DNA of 64,000 bases. Source: Actinomycetota bacterium. GTDB lineage: Bacteria; Actinomycetota; UBA4738; HRBIN12. A program made the position numbers and the translations under genes. The stretch's first letter is position 1. The number at the start of each line of letters is the position of its first letter. Below, one piece after another: positions 17,917 through 25,327 of the stretch. The DNA lies in assembly GCA_035512775.1 (NCBI GenBank), contig DATKDI010000049.1, positions 17,137-81,136 on the forward strand. Reading direction: 5' to 3'. The notes under the pieces are model-generated. The model searched no databases. It worked only from the letters and a program-made list of their open reading frames with translations, and was not told the origin of the DNA.

Positions 17917-20157
17917 TCAGGGGCGTCGATACAGCCCGACCAGCCATCTGGCCGGCCCGACGGCTCGCCTGATCTCCCGGATCGCGGTCTCCGCGGCGTC
18001 GCCGGCGTCCCTCGCTTGCTCACCGTCGGGATCGTGCGGAGAATAGGCGGCCGCCGTCACCAGCCCCGTCAGCCGGTCGAGATCGCCGTTCGAGAGATAG
18101 CCGGTCTCCACCACCTTGCGCCGGTACTCCTCCAACGTCTCTCCCGGGCCGCGGCCGAGCCCCAGCCCCGCCGCACGCTCGGTGAACTGCTCATACGTCA
18201 CGAGGATCAATCGCCGGGGCTCGGCCGCGGCCCCGCGGCGTCGCACCGCGCGCCGGAGGGCACGAGCCGGCGGGACGACGACAAGGATGACCGCTCCCAC
18301 GACCGCGGCGATCAGCAGCGCGGTGCGCGCCCCGATCGGCGGATCGTTCCCGATCGGGGCGGCGCCGGGGAAGTCGGTGGGGGGCGGAAGTGGGGCGCTC
18401 CCCAGCCTGGGGTCGCCCTCGAGGCGCTCTCGCTGGCTCCCGCCGGGCCCCCCGGCCGGCGATGCCGTCTCGCCGCCCGTCTCTCCGCCCGTCTCCGTGC
18501 CCGTGTCGACGGGGGGGTTGTAGCCCACGACGGTCGGGTTCACACGCCTCGGGGTCGGCTCGAACGGCATCCACCCCCAGCTCGGGAAGTAAACCTCCAC
18601 CCAGGCGTGGGCACGGTCCGTCATCACCGAGTACTGACCGGTCGTGCGCGTGAGGTTCCCGGTCGCGAAGCCGACGACCACCCGGGACTGGATGCCGATC
18701 GAGCGCAGCATCACCGCCATCGAGCTCGCGAATTGCTGGCAGAACCCGGCCCTCGACTTCGTCAGGAACTCGAGGATCGAACGGGTTCCCCAACGGAGCT
18801 GCGTGTCCAGCGTGTACCTGAACTCCGACGTGTCCTGGAAGCGCTCCTGGATCGCGAACGCCTTGTCGAAGTTGGAGTCAGCCTCGGCCGTCCATCGGAG
18901 CGCGATCTCTCGGATCTCCTCCGGATAGTCCGGGAGGGCGAGATACCTGCCGTTCTCGAGCGGGGCCGAGAAGCTCTCCGCCCTGAGATCCTCGGCGGTG
19001 GGCTGGGCGAGCGATGCTTCGACGGTGTAGCTGTCGCCCTCCTCCAACGGGGCGTCCACGAGCGTCGTCCCCGTCGCCGCCACGTACCGAACGGTCCGGC
19101 CGGGCACCTCGATCGACGTCATGGGATGAGGCGTGGGCACCCAGTGCTGTGCCAGACCGGCCGTCATGTCGATGGTCACCCGATCCGTCGGGCTGTCGGG
19201 TCGATCGGGCGCCGGCACCGGATCGCCCGCCTCGAGGATCGCTCCCTGCTCGGCGCCCGGCCTCCAGATCACACCGTCGAAATCCGGGCTCGCGATCAGC
19301 CGGATATACGTCGGTCGCGAGGCGGTGACGCGAAGCACCTCGACCGGTGTCTGCTGCTGCAGGTAGTTCTGCACGGAGACGAGTGGATCGATCGCGACGC
19401 GATCCGCCGCGGGCGTGCCGAAGTCGACGATGGCCTTGGACCCGAAGCCCGGGACGAAGATCGGGGCGAGGACGGCCGCACCCAACGCGGTGAGCGCGAG
19501 GCGCCGTGCCCCTCGGCTCGCGGAGCGAGCGACCCCGCGCCGGGCCGAGGACCAGATCGGCCCCCATCCCTGCACCCGCGCCAGGCCGTCGGCGAACACC
19601 ACCAGCAGCGCGGCCGCCAGGAACGCCACCCCGTAGAGCGGTTTCACGAACTCCTCCAACACGGTGTCGGCGAACGCCACCAGGGCCACCGGCGGGATGA
19701 GCCCGAGGAGCGGACTTCCGGCGCGGAAGGCGAGCGCATGGGCCGAGAACACCGCGGCCCAGAGCGAGACCACCGCGGCGAGCAGGAGCGGCGCGATCGG
19801 CTCCGCCGGTGCCGCCTGGATCCTCGCCTGCTCGCCGATCACGGCGGCGGCATCGAGCGCCGCACGGAGCGTGTCGGCGGTCGGGATGGCGTACCACGTG
19901 GTCTCCGGGAAGACGATCAGGCCGATCGCGACGGCGAGCCCGGCCGCGCTCGCGAGGGTTGAAAGCAACAGGCTGCGCCGTTCGAACGCGACCGCCAGGC
20001 CGGCGGCCGCGACCGCGGCCCCCACATGCTGCAGGCTGCTGGCCGCCCCGAGGAAGACCCGTCCGAAGGCGAGGGCCGTCGTCGCCGCCAGCAGGAGCGC
20101 GGCGAGGAGCCCGATCAAACGGTGCGTGCGAGCGGACGTTCCAGCGGCGTGTGCCAT
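17917..20157 (-). CDS. transglutaminase-like domain membrane protein (TgpA-like; DUF3488 N-terminal TM region + transglutaminase core + C-terminal TM/DUF4129-like)
   Basis: Transglutaminase Cys-containing core RAGFCQQFASSMAVMLRSIGIQSRVVVGF...DRAHAWVEVYF..GWMPFEPTP. Multiple N-terminal TM helices. The start is uncertain (20157 or 20202) and overlaps the DUF58 gene. Confidence 0.7.
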   Translation of the reverse strand: MAHAAGTSARTHRLIGLLAALLLAATTALAFGRVFLGAASSLQHVGAAVAAAGLAVAFERRSLLLSTLASAAGLAVAIGLIVFPETTWYAIPTADTLRAALDAAAVIGEQARIQAAPAEPIAPLLLAAVVSLWAAVFSAHALAFRAGSPLLGLIPPVALVAFADTVLEEFVKPLYGVAFLAAALLVVFADGLARVQGWGPIWSSARRGVARSASRGARRLALTALGAAVLAPIFVPGFGSKAIVDFGTPAADRVAIDPLVSVQNYLQQQTPVEVLRVTASRPTYIRLIASPDFDGVIWRPGAEQGAILEAGDPVPAPDRPDSPTDRVTIDMTAGLAQHWVPTPHPMTSIEVPGRTVRYVAATGTTLVDAPLEEGDSYTVEASLAQPTAEDLRAESFSAPLENGRYLALPDYPEEIREIALRWTAEADSNFDKAFAIQERFQDTSEFRYTLDTQLRWGTRSILEFLTKSRAGFCQQFASSMAVMLRSIGIQSRVVVGFATGNLTRTTGQYSVMTDRAHAWVEVYFPSWGWMPFEPTPRRVNPTVVGYNPPVDTGTETGGETGGETASPAGGPGGSQRERLEGDPRLGSAPLPPPTDFPGAAPIGNDPPIGARTALLIAAVVGAVILVVVPPARALRRAVRRRGAAAEPRRLILVTYEQFTERAAGLGLGRGPGETLEEYRRKVVETGYLSNGDLDRLTGLVTAAAYSPHDPDGEQARDAGDAAETAIREIRRAVGPARWLVGLYRRP

Positions 20158-21344
20158 CGCTCCTGCAATCTCATCGAAGGGGGAAGGACGATGACGTCCC
20201 ACCCCGCGCGGGCGAGGGACAGACGGGCCTGGCTGGCCCGCCCTTCGAGCTGGGCCTGACGTTCCGGGGGCAGCCGGAGGGGGTCGGTGGGGTAGATCAG
20301 GACGGCGAGCTTCTGCCCGAAGCCGGCGCCGGCACGGATGAGCGGGCCGACCTCGGCGGGAACCGGGGGCGCGGACACCAACACCAGCGACGTGTCGGGA
20401 GAGGAACCGGCCCGCAGGTGCGCGAGCGCCGGTCCCATCGACCGAACCTCCGCGTGGGAGATCCCTGTCAGCGCGTCCATGAATCGATCCTCGGACAGGG
20501 CGGCCGCCGGGAGCTCCGTCGTCGCCAGTCGGAGCACGAAGCCACGACGCGCCAGCAAGACGCCGATCGAGGCCGCCGCGGAGACGCCGCGTTCGAACGC
20601 GGGCGTGTGGGTCCGACCGAGCGCGGCCGACCGCGTGTCGAGGAACAGCAGCCCGCTCGCACGACGCGTCGACTCGTCCTGGCGGATCATCAGCTCGCCG
20701 GTCCGCGCGACGGAGGGCCAGTGGATCCGGCGGAGGTCGTCGCCCTCCTGGTACGCACGCATCGTGTAGTACTCCTGCCCCGTTCGGAACAGCTGCCGAG
20801 CCCGCGAGGCTCCGAAGGACGGACCGGATGCGGGATCCGGCGCCGCGCCGAGGTCCTCGATCTCGGGGGCCACGAGGAGCTCATCTCGTTCGGGGAACTC
20901 CAGGCGCAGCCGCGTCAGCGCGAACGGGTCCGACACGTCGACGACGAGGGGTCCGAGGAGGTACCGCCCGCGCGACTGGGGCACCAGCGTGTAGGTCGCT
21001 CGCTCGTGAAATCCGGGGCGGATCCCACCGATCACGAGCCTCGCCGCCCGTCCCAGTGGCGTGGGGAGGCGGTCTTCGAGGAGGAGGAACGAGGTCGCGA
21101 TCGGCGACCGGTTCTCCACGTCGAGCGTCACCATGACCCGTGAACCCGGCTTGACGCGAACGTCGGACAGGCGCCGCCGCACCAGGATCCGACGCGCTCC
21201 CCGCTTGGCGGCCAAGGCCGCCAGCAAGGGGAGCGCGGCGATGCCGATCGCGATCACCTCGAGGCCGGGTGAGCCGAGGAGACGCGAGGCTAGCCACATC
21301 GCGAGGCCGGTCACGAAGACGGTGACGCCACGCCCCGCGAGCAT
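20115..21344 (-). CDS. DUF58 domain protein (vWA-like, MoxR partner)
   Basis: DUF58 hallmark EYYTMRAYQEGDDLRRIHWPSVARTGELMIRQDESTR...LFLDTRSA. N-terminal TM helices. Confidence 0.7.
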   Translation of the reverse strand: MLAGRGVTVFVTGLAMWLASRLLGSPGLEVIAIGIAALPLLAALAAKRGARRILVRRRLSDVRVKPGSRVMVTLDVENRSPIATSFLLLEDRLPTPLGRAARLVIGGIRPGFHERATYTLVPQSRGRYLLGPLVVDVSDPFALTRLRLEFPERDELLVAPEIEDLGAAPDPASGPSFGASRARQLFRTGQEYYTMRAYQEGDDLRRIHWPSVARTGELMIRQDESTRRASGLLFLDTRSAALGRTHTPAFERGVSAAASIGVLLARRGFVLRLATTELPAAALSEDRFMDALTGISHAEVRSMGPALAHLRAGSSPDTSLVLVSAPPVPAEVGPLIRAGAGFGQKLAVLIYPTDPLRLPPERQAQLEGRASQARLSLARAGWDVIVLPPSMRLQERWHTPLERPLARTV

Positions 21345-21364
21345 CAGGTGCCCGAGAGCATCAT

Positions 21365-21426
21365 GGGCTCACAAGCTTCGGGGCTCACAAGCTTCGGGCC
21401 CACAAGCTTCGGGCCCACAAGCATCG
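21365..21426. repeat. tandem direct repeat, ~4 copies of 15-16 nt GGGCTCACAAGCTTCG (degenerating), in the moxR-DUF58 intergenic spacer
   Basis: gggctcacaagcttcg gggctcacaagcttcg ggcccacaagcttcg ggcccacaagcatcg ggggctcagaggcatcagggg read directly, between the moxR stop (21441) and the DUF58 start (21344). Confidence 0.85.
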
Positions 21427-21440
21427 GGGGCTCAGAGGCA

Positions 21441-22415
21441 TCAGGGGTTCTCCGCCACGGGAACGTGGACCTCGTCGACGATCTCCCTCACCAGAACGTC
21501 GGCCGAGCGCCCGCTCATGATCGCGTCCGCGGTCACGATGATGCGGTGAGACAGGGCGGAGGGTGCGAGCGCCTTCACATCGTCCGGGATCACGTAGTCC
21601 CGTTCCTCCGCGGCCGCGAGCGCGCGCGCCGCTCGCAGGATCATGATCGACGCCCGCGGGCTCGCCCCGAGATAGACGTCGGAGTGGCGTCGGGTCGCCT
21701 CGACGAGCTCGACGATGTACTTCCGGATCGCAGGAGCCGCGTGGATCTGCCGAGCCTCTTCGATCATGTCGCGCACGCCGCGTGCGTCGCTCACGGGCCG
21801 GATGTCGTCCAGAGGAGCGCCGGACGCGTGGCTCGCGAGGATCTCCGCCTCGACCTCAGAAGACGGGTAGCCGATCGCGAGACGCAGCATGAACCGGTCC
21901 AGCTGCGCCTCGGGCAGAGGATACGTCCCCTCGTGCTCGATCGGGTTCTGCGTGGCGATGACGATGAACGGGGTGCCGAGTGTGTGGGTTTCGGTGTCGA
22001 CCGTGACCTGTCGTTCCTCCATGCACTCCAGCAGGGCGGACTGGGTCTTCGGCGAGGCTCGGTTGATCTCGTCGCCGAGCACGATGTTGGCGAAGATGGC
22101 GCCCGGCTTGAACTCGAAGTCACCGGTCTCCTGGCTGAACACGTTGACGCCGGTCACATCCGTCGGCAGGAGGTCGGGGGTGAACTGGATCCGTCGGAAC
22201 GAGCAGTCGATCGAACGGGCGATGGACTTCGCGAGCATGGTCTTGCCGACACCCGGGACGTCCTCGATCAGGAGGTGCCCCTCCGCGATGAGCGCGACGA
22301 GCGCCAGCCGGATCTCCCGGTGCTTGCCCCGGACCACGCGTTCGACGTTCTCCTCGATCTCGCGGAACCGAGCCGCGAACGCCTGTGGATCCGGGAGCTT
22401 CTCTCGTACCTCCAT
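21441..22415 (-). CDS. moxR: MoxR-family AAA+ ATPase
   Basis: Walker A GVGKT (LLIEDVPGVGKTMLAKS). Walker B/sensor VLGDEINRASPKTQSALLECMEERQVT. Start MEVREKLPD (ATG at 22415). The upstream 38 codons of ORF 21441..22529 are a run-on. Confidence 0.85.
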   Translation of the reverse strand: MEVREKLPDPQAFAARFREIEENVERVVRGKHREIRLALVALIAEGHLLIEDVPGVGKTMLAKSIARSIDCSFRRIQFTPDLLPTDVTGVNVFSQETGDFEFKPGAIFANIVLGDEINRASPKTQSALLECMEERQVTVDTETHTLGTPFIVIATQNPIEHEGTYPLPEAQLDRFMLRLAIGYPSSEVEAEILASHASGAPLDDIRPVSDARGVRDMIEEARQIHAAPAIRKYIVELVEATRRHSDVYLGASPRASIMILRAARALAAAEERDYVIPDDVKALAPSALSHRIIVTADAIMSGRSADVLVREIVDEVHVPVAENP

Positions 22416-22719
22416 CAGATCGACCCCCGAGTTCGGGACTGAGAGCAGGTGTCCAATAGTACGTCTGTGAGGGAGGGCAGGTTGCCCCGAGGAACGAGAC
22501 GGACCTGGGCGGAGGCAAGTTCCCGACAAGAGCCGCGTCGAGGGGAGAGGAACGGCGGGCCGGCCCGCGAACGGACGCCCCGAGCGGCCCCTATTCGCAG
22601 GATGCAGGCATCGCGCGCGGGCCGGCCCGCCTCGATCCGGAAGATTACACCCTTGTGATTCGCACGTCCGTATCTCCGCGATACCCTCGCAGCTCCTGCG
22701 AGGTCGCTACACTGCGCGC

Positions 22720-23205
22720 ATGGGCCGCGCCCTCGTGCTGAACGCGTCGGAGTCGCCGCTCGCGGTGGTGGCAGCCAGGCGAGCGGTGGTCATGGTGCTC
22801 AAGGAGAAGGCCGACGTCGTGATCAGCAACGGGTTGGTCTTCCACTCGGCCCACCTGACGATCGAGGCGCCATCCGTCGTCCGCCTGCGCCGTTACGTGC
22901 ACGTGCCGTACCGGCCGCATGCCCCCCTCACGCGACGGGCGGTCTTCGCCCGAGACCTCAGCACGTGCCAGTACTGCGGCGCCGCCGCGGAGAACCTCGA
23001 TCACGTGATCCCTCGTTCCCGGGGCGGGCTCCATTCATGGGAGAACGTCGTGGCCTCGTGCAGGAAGTGCAACGCGCGGAAGGAAGATCGGACGCCGCAC
23101 GAAGCGGGCTTCTCCTTGCTCCGCCAGCCTTACGCTCCGCGGGACGGGTTCCATCTGACGCTCGGCCGGATCGAACCCGGTTGGGAGCTCTACCTGGCTT
23201 CCTAG
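22720..23205 (+). CDS. HNH endonuclease (stand-alone, ~160 aa)
   Basis: CQYCGAAAENLDHVIPRSRGGLHSWENVVASCRKCNARK is an HNH motif with a zinc-finger Cys pair. Confidence 0.75.
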   Translation: MGRALVLNASESPLAVVAARRAVVMVLKEKADVVISNGLVFHSAHLTIEAPSVVRLRRYVHVPYRPHAPLTRRAVFARDLSTCQYCGAAAENLDHVIPRSRGGLHSWENVVASCRKCNARKEDRTPHEAGFSLLRQPYAPRDGFHLTLGRIEPGWELYLAS

Positions 23206-23240
23206 CCGCCCGCCCACGGACGGCCATCGGGCGGCGCCTT

Positions 23241-23268
23241 CTCCCGGGGGGTTCTCCCCCTTTTCGAC
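23241..23268 (+). terminator. putative intrinsic terminator after the HNH gene
   Basis: A ccgGGGGGttctCCCCCtttt G/C stem followed by a T-tract, read directly. Confidence 0.45.
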
Positions 23269-23296
23269 CACACGGCTCTATTTCCTCCATCGATGT

Positions 23297-23345
23297 ATTG
23301 ACGTAGTGGAGTGTTAGTGGCATAAACGTGGGGCTCAGTGGAGGA
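23297..23345 (+). promoter_or_regulatory. dcw cluster promoter region with MraZ-box-like direct repeats
   Basis: TTGACG-17 nt-CATAAA candidate -35/-10. Four direct repeats of AGTGG/GTGGG spaced ~9-12 nt apart (tAGTGGagtgttAGTGGcataaacGTGGGgctcAGTGGagg) immediately upstream of the mraZ RBS. They resemble the GTGGG-type direct repeats bound by MraZ. Confidence 0.4.
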
Positions 23346-23359
23346 GAGGGGAGGAAGGC

Positions 23360-23806
23360 GTGGCCGAGCTCCTCGGCACGCATAGCTACTCACTCGACCC
23401 GAAAGGCAGGGTGTCGTTGCCCGCGAAGTTCCGCGAGGCATTCGACGAAGGCCTCTGGCTCACCATGGGCCAGGACCGGTGCCTGTATTGCTTCCCCAGG
23501 GTCGAATGGGAGCGGCGGAGCAGCGAGGTCGACGCCTTCGCCCTCTCCGACAAGGACGGTCGGGCCTTCTCCCGGCTGTTCTTCTCTTCGGCGGATGAGG
23601 TGAGGCTCGACGGGCAGGGACGCGTGACGATCCCGCAGCGGCTCCGGGAAGCGGTCGGCATCAAGAAGGAGGTCGTGGTCCTCGGCGTGCGCGAGCGCAT
23701 GGAGATCTGGGACCGCGGGGAGTTCGAGCGGTACCGCGATGCCCACGCGGTCGCGTACGAGAACGGAGACCTGGAGCCCCGGGCGCCCGCAGGTCGCGGC
23801 ACGTAG
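23360..23806 (+). CDS. mraZ: transcriptional regulator MraZ
   Basis: Two DUF/MraZ half-domains. LDPKGRVSLPAKFRE and LDGQGRVTIPQRLRE (DxxxR motifs). Strong RBS GGAGGAGAGGGGAGGAAGG before the GTG at 23360. Confidence 0.85.
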   Translation: MAELLGTHSYSLDPKGRVSLPAKFREAFDEGLWLTMGQDRCLYCFPRVEWERRSSEVDAFALSDKDGRAFSRLFFSSADEVRLDGQGRVTIPQRLREAVGIKKEVVVLGVRERMEIWDRGEFERYRDAHAVAYENGDLEPRAPAGRGT

Positions 23807-23875
23807 TCGGGAGCCCGTATCTGGGCACGAGCGCCCGGGCGAGTCGGACCCCACGGACGAACCCTAGGAGGGAAC

Positions 23876-23989
23876 ATGCAGACGAAGCTCTCGACGGAGG
23901 TGCGACAGAGCCTCTCGCTCCTCGCGATGACGGCGTTGACGCTGCTCGCGTCGATCGGTCTCGGGGTGCTGGCGGGACAGATCGGGTGA
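23876..23989 (+). CDS. small membrane micro-protein (37 aa) between mraZ and rsmH
   Basis: Not in the ORF track (below 60 aa). MQTKLSTEVRQSLSLLAMTALTLLASIGLGVLAGQIG has one TM helix. A strong SD AGGAGGGAAC lies 0-2 nt before the ATG at 23876. Its stop TGA overlaps the rsmH GTG. Confidence 0.4.
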   Translation: MQTKLSTEVRQSLSLLAMTALTLLASIGLGVLAGQIG

Positions 23990-23990
23990 C

Positions 23991-24878
23991 GTGGCGAACG
24001 ACGATGCACGGCACGAGCCGGTCATGGTGGCCGAGGTCGTCGACTTCCTGGTCGCCGGGCGGTCGGGGACCGGGGGAAGGGTCGCCGATATGACGGTGGG
24101 CGCCGGCGGCCATGCCGAGGCGCTCCTCGAGGCCGGCGTGGGCAGGGTGATCGGGTTCGATCGCGATGCGGACGCCGTGCGGACCGCCCATCAGCGCTTG
24201 GCCGGCTACGGCGACCGCTTCACCGCGGTGCATCGACGCTTCTCCCAGGTCGGAGAGGCCGAAACCACGGGGCCGCTGCAAGGGGTCCTCTTCGACCTGG
24301 GAGTGTCGTCGATGCAGTTGGACGAGCCCGCTCGTGGATTCGGGTATCGCGTCGACGGGCCACTCGACATGCGGATGGGTCCGAGCGACGTGACCGCGGC
24401 GGACCTCGTGAACGATCTTCCGGAGCACGAGTTGGCCGATCTGCTTTTCGAGTTCGGGCAGGAGCACCGGTCGCGCCGCATCGCGCGAGCGATCGTCCGG
24501 GCCCGGGACCGAGCTCGCATCGAGACCACCGACCAGCTGGCCGGAGTGGTCGCGGGCGCTGTGGGACGACGTCCGGGGGGCCCCCACCCCGCGCGTCGTG
24601 CGTTCCAAGCGCTCCGTATCGCGGTCAACCGGGAGCTCGAGGAGCTCGCCGCCTCCCTGCCTCGGGCGGTCGGGCTCCTCGGCCCCGGTGGCCGCGTGGT
24701 GGTCCTCTCGTACCACTCGTTGGAGGACGGCATCGTGAAGCGGGCGTTCCGTGACGATGACCGACTCCGTGTGCTGACCAAGAAGCCGCTGACTCCTTCC
24801 GCGGAGGAAATGGCCCGCAACCCACGGGCACGCAGCGCCAAGCTGCGTGCGGCCGAGCGCGTCGAGGAGGCGGCATGA
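23991..24878 (+). CDS. rsmH: 16S rRNA (cytosine1402-N4)-methyltransferase RsmH (MraW)
   Basis: HEPVMVAEVVDFL...GTGGRVADMTVGAGGHA...VIGFDRDADAV...FDLGVSSMQLD...ALRIAVNRELEEL...SYHSLEDGIVKR. Confidence 0.85.
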   Translation: MANDDARHEPVMVAEVVDFLVAGRSGTGGRVADMTVGAGGHAEALLEAGVGRVIGFDRDADAVRTAHQRLAGYGDRFTAVHRRFSQVGEAETTGPLQGVLFDLGVSSMQLDEPARGFGYRVDGPLDMRMGPSDVTAADLVNDLPEHELADLLFEFGQEHRSRRIARAIVRARDRARIETTDQLAGVVAGAVGRRPGGPHPARRAFQALRIAVNRELEELAASLPRAVGLLGPGGRVVVLSYHSLEDGIVKRAFRDDDRLRVLTKKPLTPSAEEMARNPRARSAKLRAAERVEEAA

Positions 24879-25327
24879 GCCTCCCCGCGCGTGAGGCGGA
24901 GGGGTGGACGCCGCCCACCCCGCAGCCCGTCCGACGTCGTGCGGTCACCCCCGCACGCGCGCCCGCGGCGCGCCCGCCGACCCTCAAGCCTCCCCATCCC
25001 CATCGGCGGGCGCGCCGCGAGCATCACTCCGCGTTCTGGATCCTCACCGCGGTGGTCGTCTCCGCCATGGTGGTGGGGCTCGTGTCTTTGAACGCCATGA
25101 GGATCGACGCGGCGTACCGGACCCGGTCGGTGTCCGAGCGCGTCCGGCTGCTGACCGACGAGCGTCGAACCCTCGTCAACGATGTCGCGCGACTCTCCTC
25201 GCCTTCTCGGATCGGCACGTGGGCGCGCCGGGAGGGCCTCGTGCATCCGGCATCGGGCGACGTGGTGATCCTGCAGGTGCCCGGGACCGCCGCCTCGTCT
25301 TCCTCGAAGGACGAGGTCGGGGAGTGA
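24875..25327 (+). CDS. ftsL: cell division protein FtsL-like (septum formation initiator family)
   Basis: Position between rsmH and ftsI. A single TM helix FWILTAVVVSAMVVGLVSL followed by a coiled-coil-prone segment. ATGA overlap with rsmH and GTGA overlap with ftsI. Confidence 0.65.
   Translation: MSLPAREAEGWTPPTPQPVRRRAVTPARAPAARPPTLKPPHPHRRARREHHSAFWILTAVVVSAMVVGLVSLNAMRIDAAYRTRSVSERVRLLTDERRTLVNDVARLSSPSRIGTWARREGLVHPASGDVVILQVPGTAASSSSKDEVGE

Noticed and set aside
18016-21143. Plus-strand ORFs 18016..19962 and 19809..21143
   Set aside because: They are antisense to the transglutaminase-like and DUF58 genes.
21365-21426. Possibility that the 16-nt tandem repeat is a CRISPR array
   Set aside because: The copies are directly adjacent with no spacers, far shorter than CRISPR repeats, and there are no cas genes nearby.
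21348-22442. 364-aa plus-strand ORF starting in the tandem-repeat spacer
   Set aside because: It is antisense to moxR. The N-terminal 'SQASGPQASGPQ' merely translates the 16-nt tandem repeat.
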